A stretch of 64,000 bases of DNA from Candidatus Doudnabacteria bacterium RIFCSPHIGHO2_01_FULL_46_24 (GTDB lineage: Bacteria; Patescibacteriota; Doudnabacteria; UBA920; O2-02-FULL-48-8), in contig MFEL01000008.1 of the NCBI GenBank assembly GCA_001777575.1, forward strand, positions 42,634 to 106,633. The letters are read 5' to 3'. The notes beneath the pieces were generated by a model. That model ran no database searches. It was not told where the DNA came from and was given only the letters and a program-made list of their open reading frames with translations. This document shows positions 46,214 to 55,804 of this stretch, piece after piece. Made by a program: the position numbers and the translations under genes. The stretch's first letter is position 1, and every line of letters starts with the position of its first letter.

Positions 46214-46513
46214 TCAGTATTTTCTAAATTTAATAAAAGCCATACTGGTAAATAATGCCGCGAGAAGCAAAAAATCTATCGGGATCAACCTATATAATGT
46301 AAAACAATCCGGCACTACCGCAGGAACACGAACGTTTACATCAAAAAAAATCGTCCTCAGATAATCCAGCAGTCCGCTGCCAAAGATAATTTTTTCATCC
46401 CTGTTTTGTAAGCATTCCTCCGAAGAATATACCGGGTCCAATTGTATATCAATCACAATTCCGGCGGAAAGAATAAACAAGGCGATTGCCAAAAAAATAA
46501 AAATAATTTTCAT
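46214..46513 (-). CDS. AT-rich small membrane hypothetical protein
   Basis: 99 aa from MKIIF, TM helices at both ends, two Cys. Confidence 0.6.
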   Translation of the reverse strand: MKIIFIFLAIALFILSAGIVIDIQLDPVYSSEECLQNRDEKIIFGSGLLDYLRTIFFDVNVRVPAVVPDCFTLYRLIPIDFLLLAALFTSMAFIKFRKY

Positions 46514-46523
46514 TAAGATCCGC

Positions 46524-47180
46524 TTATGTTTCAATATCGGCTTGCAGAGCTTCAATCGCCATCTCTTCATCTTCGGAACGAAAAATTGCCGAGCCGGCAA
46601 CCAATATGTCCGCTCCAGCCTTGGCGCACTGGCGGGCAATGCCAACTTTGATGCCGCCGTCTACGCAAATTATGACATTTTTGGTCAACGCCCGCAATTC
46701 TTTCACTTTTTCTATTGTCTCCGGGATAAATGGACGGCCCTGAGCGCCAGGATGGATGCCCATATGTTGAATCAGGTCAACTCTGGTCAAAAATTTTGCA
46801 GCCGTATAAAGCGGGGTTTCGGGATTGAGCGCTATACCAATTTTCAACCCTATTTTTTTAGCCAGTGCAATCGCTTCCGCAAGTTCTGATTCCTCTCTAT
46901 AGGCTTCGTGATGCACGATCACCCAAGAAAAACCCACAGCCTTGGCGTCCTCGAAATATTTCTGCGGCTCCAAAGCCATAAAATGCGCCATCAGAGTAAG
47001 CGGCGAAGATTTCAAAAAAACCAAATCCTTGGGCATGACGGTCTTGTTACGTATAAACTCGTCATCAATAAAATCCACATGCAGTTTGGAAAAAAGATGG
47101 TTCAGAGCAAAAAGCTCCGCATACTTCTTGCGGAAATCAGAAACGTCATTGCTTAATATCGCGGGCGCTATCTCCGCCAT
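46524..47180 (-). CDS. rpe: Ribulose-phosphate 3-epimerase
   Basis: IAPAIL, HVD, LNPETP, PGAQG, VDGGI, AGSAIF. Confidence 0.9.
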   Translation of the reverse strand: MAEIAPAILSNDVSDFRKKYAELFALNHLFSKLHVDFIDDEFIRNKTVMPKDLVFLKSSPLTLMAHFMALEPQKYFEDAKAVGFSWVIVHHEAYREESELAEAIALAKKIGLKIGIALNPETPLYTAAKFLTRVDLIQHMGIHPGAQGRPFIPETIEKVKELRALTKNVIICVDGGIKVGIARQCAKAGADILVAGSAIFRSEDEEMAIEALQADIET

Positions 47181-47629
47181 TATAAATTGATGTCAATTTT
47201 GCGCACCTTGTCGACGCGGCGTTTGAAGCGTTCTTCGTTAGCAAAGGGTGTGGTCAGGAAGGTGTGGATGATTTTATTGGCTTCCGAAAGAGAAACATAA
47301 TCTGCGGGCAGGCAAAGAACATTAGCGTCGTCGTCATTGCGCGCGGCAAATGCAGATTTTTCATTCCAACAAAGCGCAGCGCGCACTCCTTTGGCTTTAT
47401 TGGCCACAATGCATTCACCCTGTCCTGAGCGGCAAGCTAAAATCCCAAACGAGCCGATCTGGCTGCCAACTTTCACCGCCACCGGCCAGGCAAAATCCGG
47501 ATAATCGTCTTTGGAATCGAACTTATGCGCACCCAAATCCTCAAACTCAAAATTCCATTCCGAAAGCCAGCGCTTAATCTCTCCCTTAAGCTTATATCCC
47601 CCGTGGTCAGCCCCGATGTATGCTTTCAC
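47180..47629 (-). CDS. rpiB: Ribose-5-phosphate isomerase B
   Basis: GADHGG, DDYPD, CRSGQG, ANK, DANVL. Confidence 0.92.
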   Translation of the reverse strand: MKAYIGADHGGYKLKGEIKRWLSEWNFEFEDLGAHKFDSKDDYPDFAWPVAVKVGSQIGSFGILACRSGQGECIVANKAKGVRAALCWNEKSAFAARNDDDANVLCLPADYVSLSEANKIIHTFLTTPFANEERFKRRVDKVRKIDINL

Positions 47630-48365
47630 GTTCGAACTCCTTGATTATTTCCCAAAAATTATTTGGATCCAAAGACGCAGCTCCGACCAAGGCACCGTCA
47701 ATTTCCGAATACTGAGCATATTCCCTCGCATTGTGTTTATTTACTGTGCCGCCATAAAGCACTCGGCAATTTGGTCCCGCAAACTTATGAATATACATGA
47801 TAAGCTCACGCGCATGCTCGCCGTCTGCCGGCTTGGAATGAAGACTGGTGGATATGGCCCAGGTCGGTTCGTAAACAAACACAATTTTATGCAGTTCGTT
47901 CTTTTCAATCCCCTTCATTGTAGCGCGGAATTGCTTGGCTACAATTTTTTTCATGTCCGTTTTTTTGGCTTTGGCCACAGCACCCAGGCATACAATGGGT
48001 ATGATCTTGTGCCTCAACGCCGACCTGACCTTGACATTGACCATTTGGTCTGTCTCGCCCAAACCCAATCTCCGTTCCGAATGGCCCAAAATCGCAAAGT
48101 TTACATTGAACGGCTTGAGCATGGTCGGCGAAGATTCACCTGTAAAAGCTCCGGCTTCTTCCCAGTGCATATTCTGTGCTCCCAATTTTACGCTGTGCAC
48201 ATAATGCGAAAATGCCGGCAAGTACAGAGCCGGAGGGCAAATTACGGCTTCGCTTTTGTTCATCAATGGCGCGCGGTGCTCCAAGATCATCAAAATCCTG
48301 CGCGCTTCACTCAGCGTTTGGGGATTCATTTTCCAGTTTGCGACTATAAGCTTTTTTTTATACAT
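47607..48365 (-). CDS. tpiA: Triosephosphate isomerase
   Basis: ANWKMN, GHSERR, YEPTWAI, LYGG, LVGAASL. Confidence 0.95.
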   Translation of the reverse strand: MYKKKLIVANWKMNPQTLSEARRILMILEHRAPLMNKSEAVICPPALYLPAFSHYVHSVKLGAQNMHWEEAGAFTGESSPTMLKPFNVNFAILGHSERRLGLGETDQMVNVKVRSALRHKIIPIVCLGAVAKAKKTDMKKIVAKQFRATMKGIEKNELHKIVFVYEPTWAISTSLHSKPADGEHARELIMYIHKFAGPNCRVLYGGTVNKHNAREYAQYSEIDGALVGAASLDPNNFWEIIKEFERESIHRG

Positions 48366-48371
48366 AAATTT

Positions 48372-48445
48372 AATTATCAATTTTCAGTTTTCAATTTACA
48401 ATTAATTTTCAAAATTCAATTTTCAAATCTTGATAATTGAAAATT
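48372..48445. repeat. Inverted array of (TTTTCAA) heptamers between galT stop and tpiA start
   Basis: aattatcaattttcagttttcaatttacaa ... ttgataattgaaaatt. Confidence 0.85.
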
Positions 48446-48448
48446 ATG

Positions 48449-49447
48449 CTAAGGTTGTCTTAAGACATCTGCGGCCACTTCCGGCAGCACGGTATTTACG
48501 TACACGTCCGATCCAAGTTCGAACCCACCCCACACGTTAATCCTGGGTAGAATTTCCAAATGCCAATGGTAACTACGGTCATCATAACGGGTTAAAATCG
48601 AATGCGAAACCGGCAAGGTGTGAATATAATAATTGTAAGACGGATTATGAAGCTTGTAATAAAGCTTTTGCAATGCAAATTTCAAAACCTTTGCCAAGGA
48701 ACGACGCTCTTCGTCCGACAAATCAATAAAGCTTGCACGATGCCGTTTGGCGATAATGCGCATTGCATACGGCACCCGGGACGCAAACGGCGTGAATACC
48801 AAGAAATCTTTATGGTCAAGGACAACCCGTTCACGGTCTGTCAGTTCCTTGAGGATCATTTCGCAATAAACGCATGCGCCGTTTTGCATAAAATACACGA
48901 AACTTCCTGTCACTTCGTCATGCAAATGCTCCGGCACAAAAGGGGTGGCGAATACTTGCGAGTGGGGATGGATCATGGAAGCCCCGCCGTCCCGCCCATG
49001 GTTCTGAAGCACGTGGACATATTGCACCTCGGGATGATTGCTTAAATCCCGCATCCGTTTCTGATACACCTTCAAATTCAAATCCATCAACTCATCCAAC
49101 AAAAAAGCGGTTAAGACGTTATGTGGGCGCGTCACGATGACTTCGTGGTCGCCGATCCCTTCCCTGACTATATAAAAATCGGACCGCTCTCGTCCGCCGC
49201 GGTGTCCCAGAGCCTCATACTTGTTCGGAATAATGCGGACCTGCCAATCCTTTCCTTTGGGATAAGAATCAATTTCCTGATTGAACGCCTCCTTACCTGG
49301 ACAGAACACGCAGTGTGCGTCTATCTCGTCTAATTTGGAAGGGTCAGCCGCAGCTTGAAACAACGTAAAATCCTCCGGGCGCGAGCCGCGGTTGGGCGCG
49401 AACAGCACCCAGTGTTTGGAAACGATATCCTGTCGAAATTCACTCAT
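48449..49447 (-). CDS. galT: Galactose-1-phosphate uridylyltransferase-like (GalT/HIT)
   Basis: RGSRP, CVFCPG, GASMIHPHSQ, YHWHLEILPR, GGFELG. Confidence 0.88.
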   Translation of the reverse strand: MSEFRQDIVSKHWVLFAPNRGSRPEDFTLFQAAADPSKLDEIDAHCVFCPGKEAFNQEIDSYPKGKDWQVRIIPNKYEALGHRGGRERSDFYIVREGIGDHEVIVTRPHNVLTAFLLDELMDLNLKVYQKRMRDLSNHPEVQYVHVLQNHGRDGGASMIHPHSQVFATPFVPEHLHDEVTGSFVYFMQNGACVYCEMILKELTDRERVVLDHKDFLVFTPFASRVPYAMRIIAKRHRASFIDLSDEERRSLAKVLKFALQKLYYKLHNPSYNYYIHTLPVSHSILTRYDDRSYHWHLEILPRINVWGGFELGSDVYVNTVLPEVAADVLRQP

Positions 49448-49450
49448 TAA

Positions 49451-49852
49451 TTATTTCGCGTCTAAATATTTTTGCAATATAATCTGAGCCGCAACATTAT
49501 CGATTATTTGTCTTTGTTTTTTATCATGCAAACCTTGAGAATGCAAAAGTTTCCGGGCCTCTACTGAACTGAAGCGTTCATCTGCTAGACTCTGCGGAAT
49601 TCCTGTTTCTCTTGATAACTTATCAGCGAAATTTTTTGTAAGCATTGCCGAATGCCCTTCGTTCCCGCTTGTTGTTTTAGGTATGCCGATTAGAATCCAA
49701 GCGACTTTGTAACGAGCGATAATATATTTGATTTCATTAATTGCCTTTTTGGTTTCTATAACCTTATCCAATGGAAATGCGATTTTACCGTCTTCATCTG
49801 AGATTGCAGCGCCTATTCTCTTACTCCCCCAATCCAAAGCCAATATCCTCAT
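49451..49852 (-). CDS. yqgF: YqgF/RuvX-family nuclease
   Basis: LALDWGSKRIG, DERFSS, DNVAA. Confidence 0.92.
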   Translation of the reverse strand: MRILALDWGSKRIGAAISDEDGKIAFPLDKVIETKKAINEIKYIIARYKVAWILIGIPKTTSGNEGHSAMLTKNFADKLSRETGIPQSLADERFSSVEARKLLHSQGLHDKKQRQIIDNVAAQIILQKYLDAK

Positions 49853-51111
49853 TTGTTTTCGCCTAAAATTACCGCCGCTTCTTTTTCGCTCCCTTCCGAA
49901 AGCACTTTCAACTTGATCGTGTCTCCGGGACTATAATTCTTAAGCAACGCCGCCAAACTGTGCTCGCGGTCCACCTTCACGCCGTTGACTTCCAGGATAA
50001 TATCACCTTCCTTAAGTCCGGCTTTGTCCGCAGCCGAACCTTCCAACACCGCCGGATTGGACCTGCCTTCTCCGATAATCAACGCTCCGTAACCAACCGT
50101 CAATTTTCTTTCTTCTTTAATCGATTCGTTGACTAGCACATATCTCACTCCCAAGAACGGCTTGACTATGCGGCCGAATTTCTTAAAGCTTTCGAGGTCG
50201 ATTTTCAAATCCGAAACCGGAATGGCAAAACCAACCAATTGACCCTGTAAATCTATGGCAGTGTTGATCCCAATCACTGACCCGCCGATGTCCAGAAGCG
50301 GCCCGCCGGAATTGCCGGGATTGATGGCCGCATCAGTCTGAATCACTCCTTCCAGCTGCTCTGTGCGGATATTGCTACCCGAAGCCGTGATGGTCCGGCC
50401 GATGCCGGAGACCACCCCGGTTGTTACGGTATTGTGGTACTGGCCCAGGGAATTTCCGATCGCGATGACTTTTTGTCCGATTTCGAGCTTGGACGAATCG
50501 CCCAAAATCAAAGTCGGGAGGTTTTCGGCTTCAATCTTGACCAGGGCCAGGTCATTGACCGGGTCTCTGGATAAAACCTGAGCTTCATATTTCCTGCCGT
50601 CCTGCGTCAGTACTGTATAGGTGGCATCCGTGTCTGCCACCACATGCTTGTTGGTGGCGATCAAGCCGTCAGATGAAATGATAAAACCCGAGCCCTGGCC
50701 GATTTCCTGGACGTTGGGCCGGGCTTCTTGGTCACTGGGATTGCGAAACTGGAAAAATGGGTCAAAGAAAAACGGCCCGAAATCAAACGGAGAGGAAGAA
50801 TAACCGGGCAGTTTGTTTAAGTCTTTGGAAATGACGATGGAAACGACAGCCGGACTGGCTTTTTTTACCACTTCCACAACACCCGAATCTTCATTCACCG
50901 AGACGTTTTTGACCTCGCTGACAGGACTGCCCGCGCTTTTTTTGCTTATTGACGGGAAGAACCACAGACCCACTACCGACCCGGCAAGACCGAACAAAAA
51001 CGAAAGCAAAATCACAGTGGAAATCATTTTCGCTTCAGGGTTCGGCTCGCGCTTTGGAAGGTCTGAAGTCAAACTTGGCATGGCATTTTTTGTTCCTTTT
51101 ATTTCAGGCAT
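49849..51111 (-). CDS. htrA: HtrA/DegP-family serine protease with PDZ
   Basis: TNKHVV, DLAL, TDAAINPGNSGGP, PDZ. Confidence 0.93.
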   Translation of the reverse strand: MPEIKGTKNAMPSLTSDLPKREPNPEAKMISTVILLSFLFGLAGSVVGLWFFPSISKKSAGSPVSEVKNVSVNEDSGVVEVVKKASPAVVSIVISKDLNKLPGYSSSPFDFGPFFFDPFFQFRNPSDQEARPNVQEIGQGSGFIISSDGLIATNKHVVADTDATYTVLTQDGRKYEAQVLSRDPVNDLALVKIEAENLPTLILGDSSKLEIGQKVIAIGNSLGQYHNTVTTGVVSGIGRTITASGSNIRTEQLEGVIQTDAAINPGNSGGPLLDIGGSVIGINTAIDLQGQLVGFAIPVSDLKIDLESFKKFGRIVKPFLGVRYVLVNESIKEERKLTVGYGALIIGEGRSNPAVLEGSAADKAGLKEGDIILEVNGVKVDREHSLAALLKNYSPGDTIKLKVLSEGSEKEAAVILGENK

Positions 51112-51130
51112 AAGAAAAAATCCAGCTTAA

Positions 51131-51895
51131 TTATACCATGTTTGTTAGCGTTTCACAACCGTTTTCCGTTACTATTACCGTATGTTCAAAATGCGCTGAG
51201 CGGCTCCCGTCAGCGGTTTTGACAGTCCAGCCGTCATCGGTAAATATCACTTTCCATGCCCCGGCGTTAATCATCGGCTCTATAGCCAGAACCATTCCCG
51301 AAACAAGTTTAGTTCCTGTGCCGCTTTTTCCATAACAAGGAACCTCAGGGTCCTCATGCACAGATTTTCCAACCCCGTGGCCGACCAACTCTCGAACAAC
51401 GTTGAATTTATTTTGCCGAGCTACTTCTTCGATCGTTTGCCCGATGTCACCGGTAAAATCGCCGGCCCTCACTTTGAGCGCTGTTTTAAGAGCGATCCGG
51501 GCGGTTTCAATAAGCCTTAATGATTCAATATCGACTTTCCCCACGGCAACGGTGACCGCCGCATCGGTGTAGAATCCCTGGTACACAACCCCCAAATCCA
51601 AACCAACAATGTCGCCTTGCCGCAAAATTTTATCCTTGCTGGGAATCCCATGCACGACCTCGTCATTTACCGACACGCATAAGCTTGCGGGAAAGGGTTT
51701 TTGGCCTTTCATGGAACTGTAATTCTTAAAAGCGGAGCAAGCGCCACTGCTTCTGATTTCCTGTTCCGCGATCTGGTCCAGCTCAAGAGCGGAAACCCCA
51801 GGCCTGACGTGCGCTTGCGCAATCGCCAAAGTTTTTGCAAGTATCCGGCCGGATTGCCTAAGCAGGTCAAGCTCTTTTGGATCGCTGGTAATCAT
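51131..51895 (-). CDS. map: Methionine aminopeptidase type I
   Basis: VVHGIP, GHGVG, AIEPM, SAHFEHT. Confidence 0.96.
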   Translation of the reverse strand: MITSDPKELDLLRQSGRILAKTLAIAQAHVRPGVSALELDQIAEQEIRSSGACSAFKNYSSMKGQKPFPASLCVSVNDEVVHGIPSKDKILRQGDIVGLDLGVVYQGFYTDAAVTVAVGKVDIESLRLIETARIALKTALKVRAGDFTGDIGQTIEEVARQNKFNVVRELVGHGVGKSVHEDPEVPCYGKSGTGTKLVSGMVLAIEPMINAGAWKVIFTDDGWTVKTADGSRSAHFEHTVIVTENGCETLTNMV

Positions 51896-52469
51896 GGATG
51901 GCTTTCTGGATATCTTGAGCGACTTTTTTAATACGCTGGTCGCCTTTAATAAATCGCAGTTTATTGATTGACTGAAAATATTTAATGCCCTTGTTGGTAT
52001 CGGGATTCTGCCATTGCATCCGCTTCTTTATATATGCGAGATTTGAATCGTCTTCGCGCTCATGTTTGGATAAGCGTTTTTTGAGCCGTCTGTACACTTC
52101 TCTTTCCGGCAATTTGATGAACAAAACAAAAAAATCCCGACGCTTCTCACTCAAAAGTTTTTTCAGCAACCAAGCCTCCGGCTTGAGTCTGGGATTGCCG
52201 ACAAAAATCAAATCACGATTTGAACTTACTGTACTGATTTGATTCTTTAGGAACTTTTTCATCAGAGGCACTGGCGTATATTGACCTCTGTTCATGGTTC
52301 TTCTCAGCCACCGGCCCTCGGCATTATTTTTTTTTGCCATTGCGCGCCAATGCTTGCCGGATTCAACCGGTTTGAGCGAATAACGCTCTTGCAAAATTCG
52401 GGCTTGGGTGTCTTTCCCAGACCCCGGGCCTCCAAGCAGCACTAAATCAAATCCGAGCCGTTCTTTCAT
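51867..52469 (-). CDS. Adenylate kinase-family NMP kinase, divergent paralogue
   Basis: GGPGSGKDTQA, GNPR, REDD; no LID domain. Confidence 0.8.
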   Translation of the reverse strand: MKERLGFDLVLLGGPGSGKDTQARILQERYSLKPVESGKHWRAMAKKNNAEGRWLRRTMNRGQYTPVPLMKKFLKNQISTVSSNRDLIFVGNPRLKPEAWLLKKLLSEKRRDFFVLFIKLPEREVYRRLKKRLSKHEREDDSNLAYIKKRMQWQNPDTNKGIKYFQSINKLRFIKGDQRIKKVAQDIQKAIHDYQRSKRA

Positions 52470-52474
52470 TCTGT

Positions 52475-53053
52475 TTACTGATTACTGATTACTAGTTTTT
52501 GCATTATTTCCCGATGCACGTCTTCAATCGGCTGGTCGCCGTTAATTTCCACCAGTTCGCCTTTGCTTTTGTAATGCTCTTTGATCAGGATGTTGCGCTT
52601 CTCGTATTCCTCGTACCTGTGACGGGCAATTTGGGGATCATCATCAGAACGGCCCTGTCCCCGGATGGTTATCCTTTTGACAACCTCTTCCTCGGATACA
52701 TTGAGAAAAACGATTCTTAGATCCTTAATTTTTATATCTTCCACTATCCTGTCCAGATCTTCTGCCTGGCCCATGGATAAGGGATACGTATCAAAAACCA
52801 CGGTGCCAGAGTCGGCAAGAGCCTTCAGCTTCCTGTCAAGAAGCATGCTGGCAATCGCATCGGGTTGCGGGGTCCCCTGGTCATAACGCGCCTTGGCTTC
52901 ATGCGCTTCATCGGAATTTTCTTGGATAAACTCTCTGATCAAATCACCCAAAACAATCCTGGGTGCCCCTAAAAATTTAGCCAATAATTCCGATTGCGTC
53001 CCCTTGCCGCTCCCCGGCGGCCCCAAAACCACAAATATTTTCTGTAACTTCAT
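52475..53053 (-). CDS. adk: Adenylate kinase (short, LID-less)
   Basis: GPPGSGKGTQ, GDLIR, RSDD; canonical position after secY; start reassigned to MKLQK. Confidence 0.8.
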   Translation of the reverse strand: MKLQKIFVVLGPPGSGKGTQSELLAKFLGAPRIVLGDLIREFIQENSDEAHEAKARYDQGTPQPDAIASMLLDRKLKALADSGTVVFDTYPLSMGQAEDLDRIVEDIKIKDLRIVFLNVSEEEVVKRITIRGQGRSDDDPQIARHRYEEYEKRNILIKEHYKSKGELVEINGDQPIEDVHREIMQKLVISNQ

Positions 53054-53131
53054 GCAAACATTATAGCTAAAAATTACAAATAAAAAAAGGCTTAAATAAG
53101 CCATTTCTAACACCTCACATGGATTGAGGCG

Positions 53132-54430
53132 TTAGAAATTTTCGTAGTCCCGCATGATCATCTGGGACTTGACCTGATTGATAATCTCAATCACTACGGC
53201 CACGACGATCAAAATGCCAGTGCCTCCAAGAGTCAAAGTGGAAGTTTTGGTGAATGATTGGATGATATAAGGCAAAACAGCGATCAAGCCCAAAAACAGC
53301 GCTCCAACCAAGGTGATGCGGTTTAGGACCTTGTACAAAAACTCCGCGGTCTGTCGACCCGGCCGCAGTCCCGGCACAAAGCCGCCCTGTTTTTGGATAT
53401 TGTCGGCGATTTCATCGGGATTAAACACGATCGCCGTGTAGAAGTAGGTAAAAGCGACCACCAGCAAGAAATACATGATACCGTAATAAGTCTGGTTCTG
53501 GAAAAAATCGTTGATGCTTGCGGCAAACGAGGCAATCTGCGGCGTGCGAGACTGTGAAAAGAAATTGGCAATAAGTCCCGGAAACAACAAAATCGAAATG
53601 GCGAAGATGATGGGTATCACACCGGCCTGGTTGACCCTCAGCGGCAAATGAGTGCTGACTCCGCCGTAAAGCTTATTGCCCCGCACGCGCTTGGCGTAAG
53701 AAACGGGGATATTGCGCTGAGCCTCGGTAATACCGACGATTGCGGCGATGACGAGAAACGCCACAGCCAAAAAGCCGACAGCGGTGACGACACCGGTGGA
53801 AGACAGCTGGCCAGTCGAGGTCGTGAGATTAACATAACCCTGCTGGATCGCCGGAGGCAATTGAGAAACAATGCCGGCGAAGATAATCATGGACACGCCG
53901 TTGCCCAATTTATACTCGGTAATCAATTCACCCAGCCACAAAAGCAGCATACTGCCGGCAGTGATGGATAATAACGCCACAAACCACTGGAAAGCCGAAA
54001 ATTCGGTAATGAGGTCGCTGCCGCTCGTGCGCGTAAGCAAGATGATCGTGCCATAGCCTTGCAAAACGGTCAGCGGGACGGTCAGCCAGCGCGTATATTG
54101 GTTAATCTTCGCCCGACCGGCCTCGCCGCCCTCTTTGGCCAACTCTCCCAATTTCGGGACAATGATAGTCAGTAACTGCATGATGATGGATGCAGTAATG
54201 TATGGCCCCACCCCGAGCATGGCCACGGAAAAATTCTGCAGACCGCCGCCGGAGAAGATGTTGAACAACCCGAACAGCTGATTGGAATTAAGCAGATTTC
54301 TCAGATTGGCGAGTTCAACGCCGGGAATCGGAATGTTAGCCAGGATCCTGGTCCCAATCAAAAGCAGAGCGACGAACAAAATTCTGTTCCGCAAATCTTT
54401 CACTTTCCAAAGTTGTGATAGTCTGGACAT
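53132..54430 (-). CDS. secY: Preprotein translocase SecY
   Basis: LGVGPYITASII, WLGELIT, GVIPIIFA, PGLRPG, GGTGILIVV. Confidence 0.97.
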   Translation of the reverse strand: MSRLSQLWKVKDLRNRILFVALLLIGTRILANIPIPGVELANLRNLLNSNQLFGLFNIFSGGGLQNFSVAMLGVGPYITASIIMQLLTIIVPKLGELAKEGGEAGRAKINQYTRWLTVPLTVLQGYGTIILLTRTSGSDLITEFSAFQWFVALLSITAGSMLLLWLGELITEYKLGNGVSMIIFAGIVSQLPPAIQQGYVNLTTSTGQLSSTGVVTAVGFLAVAFLVIAAIVGITEAQRNIPVSYAKRVRGNKLYGGVSTHLPLRVNQAGVIPIIFAISILLFPGLIANFFSQSRTPQIASFAASINDFFQNQTYYGIMYFLLVVAFTYFYTAIVFNPDEIADNIQKQGGFVPGLRPGRQTAEFLYKVLNRITLVGALFLGLIAVLPYIIQSFTKTSTLTLGGTGILIVVAVVIEIINQVKSQMIMRDYENF

Positions 54431-54431
54431 A

Positions 54432-54872
54432 TTACGTGACCTTGCCGCCCGCTTTTTCAATTTTTGCCTTGGCGGCAGCAGAGAGCAAAACATTCTCGAA
54501 ATTCAAAGCCTTAGCAAGCTCTCCATCTCCCAAAATTTTCACGCTTGTGAGTTGGGACTTGATCAAACCCTTATTGACTAAATTTTTAGGATTAACGGTT
54601 TCTCCGCTTGAAAACTTAACCGCTAAATCAGCCAAACTCAGCGCTTGGGCTTTGGGCGACAAACTCTTAAATCCCCGTTTCTTGGGGATTTGCCGGTGCA
54701 ACGGCATCCGACCGCCCTCAAAGCCGACTGGAATGGAGCTGCCGCTGCGGGCTTTCTGGCCCTTGGCACCCCGGCCGGAAAACGTCCCGTGGCCGGAACC
54801 AACCCCGCGTCCGATGACTTTGCGGCGGCGAGTCGAGCCCTTATACGGTTTTAATTGGGATAGCTCAAGCAT
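54432..54872 (-). CDS. rplO: 50S ribosomal protein uL15
   Basis: GRGVGSG.G..SGRG.KGQKARSG, FEGG. Confidence 0.97.
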   Translation of the reverse strand: MLELSQLKPYKGSTRRRKVIGRGVGSGHGTFSGRGAKGQKARSGSSIPVGFEGGRMPLHRQIPKKRGFKSLSPKAQALSLADLAVKFSSGETVNPKNLVNKGLIKSQLTSVKILGDGELAKALNFENVLLSAAAKAKIEKAGGKVT

Positions 54873-55353
54873 TGTGGTTCGTTTCCCTTATTTTCATTTT
54901 CGCCAAAGCATGATAAGTCGCCAAAACGTTGTTTATCTTATTGGACGAACCAAGCATCTTCGACAAAACGTTCTTAACCCCGACCAAATCCAAGACTGAG
55001 CGGATAGCCCCGCCGGCAATGATGCCTGTGCCAGGCCGTGCCGGTTTGAGGAAGACCACTGATGATTTGTATTTCAGCTTCATTTCATGCGGAATCGAGT
55101 CATTTACCAAATTGACCTTGATCATATTCTTTTTCGCCTGTGAGACGGCCTTGTTTACGGCTTCTGAGACGTCCGCGCCTTTTTTTACTCCCACTCCCAC
55201 TTTCCCTTTGCGATCGCCAACCACGACCAAAGCGCGAAACCTCATTCGCTTGCCGCCGGCCACGACGCGAGTGACGCGCTTGACCTCGACGACCTTCTGG
55301 TCGAATTCTCTTTTGATTGCTTCTTGTGATCTGCCTCTTGTAGGTCTAGCCAT
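54865..55353 (-). CDS. rpsE: 30S ribosomal protein uS5
   Basis: RVTRVVAGGKRMRF, PGTGIIAGG. Confidence 0.97.
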   Translation of the reverse strand: MARPTRGRSQEAIKREFDQKVVEVKRVTRVVAGGKRMRFRALVVVGDRKGKVGVGVKKGADVSEAVNKAVSQAKKNMIKVNLVNDSIPHEMKLKYKSSVVFLKPARPGTGIIAGGAIRSVLDLVGVKNVLSKMLGSSNKINNVLATYHALAKMKIRETNHNA

Positions 55354-55357
55354 TTGA

Positions 55358-55392
55358 TTAGTAATTAGTAAATAGAAATTAGAAATTAGAAC
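55358..55392. repeat. Heptamer tract (TTAGWAA)5 between rplR and rpsE
   Basis: ttagtaa ttagtaa atagaaa ttagaaa ttagaac. Confidence 0.8.
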
Positions 55393-55727
55393 TTGAGACC
55401 GGCTGACCGCGCGGCGTCAGCCAATTCTTTTATCCGGCCGTGATATTTATAACCGCCGCGGTCGAAAGTGACCTCTGAAATGCCCGCTTTCAAGGCCTTT
55501 TCCGCGGCCAACTTCCCGACCAATGCAGCCAATTGGGTCTTGTTGCTCTTACCCGGCACTTCTCGGCTGGTCGCGCTAATAAGCGTCCTGCCGCTTTCAT
55601 CGTCAATCAACTGCACATAAATATGGCTTAATGATCGAAACACGCTTAAGCGGGGGCGGGCTGCGATGCCGCTTATTTTTGCCCGAACTCTTCGATGCCT
55701 TGATTGTCTTTGCTTATTTCTGGCCAT
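55386..55727 (-). CDS. rplR: 50S ribosomal protein uL18
   Basis: [20 protein letters not shown]. Confidence 0.97.
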   Translation of the reverse strand: MARNKQRQSRHRRVRAKISGIAARPRLSVFRSLSHIYVQLIDDESGRTLISATSREVPGKSNKTQLAALVGKLAAEKALKAGISEVTFDRGGYKYHGRIKELADAARSAGLKF

Positions 55728-55735
55728 ATTCTTAT

Positions 55736-55803
55736 AATTATTTATTAACGAATTGCGGATTACGGATTATCAATTCACAATTCGTTAATCCGTTAATTCG
55801 CCA
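55736..55803. repeat. Family B inverted array between rplF and rplR
   Basis: aattatttattaacgaattgcggattacggattatcaattcacaattcgttaatccgttaattcg. Confidence 0.9.
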
Positions 55804-55804
55804 A

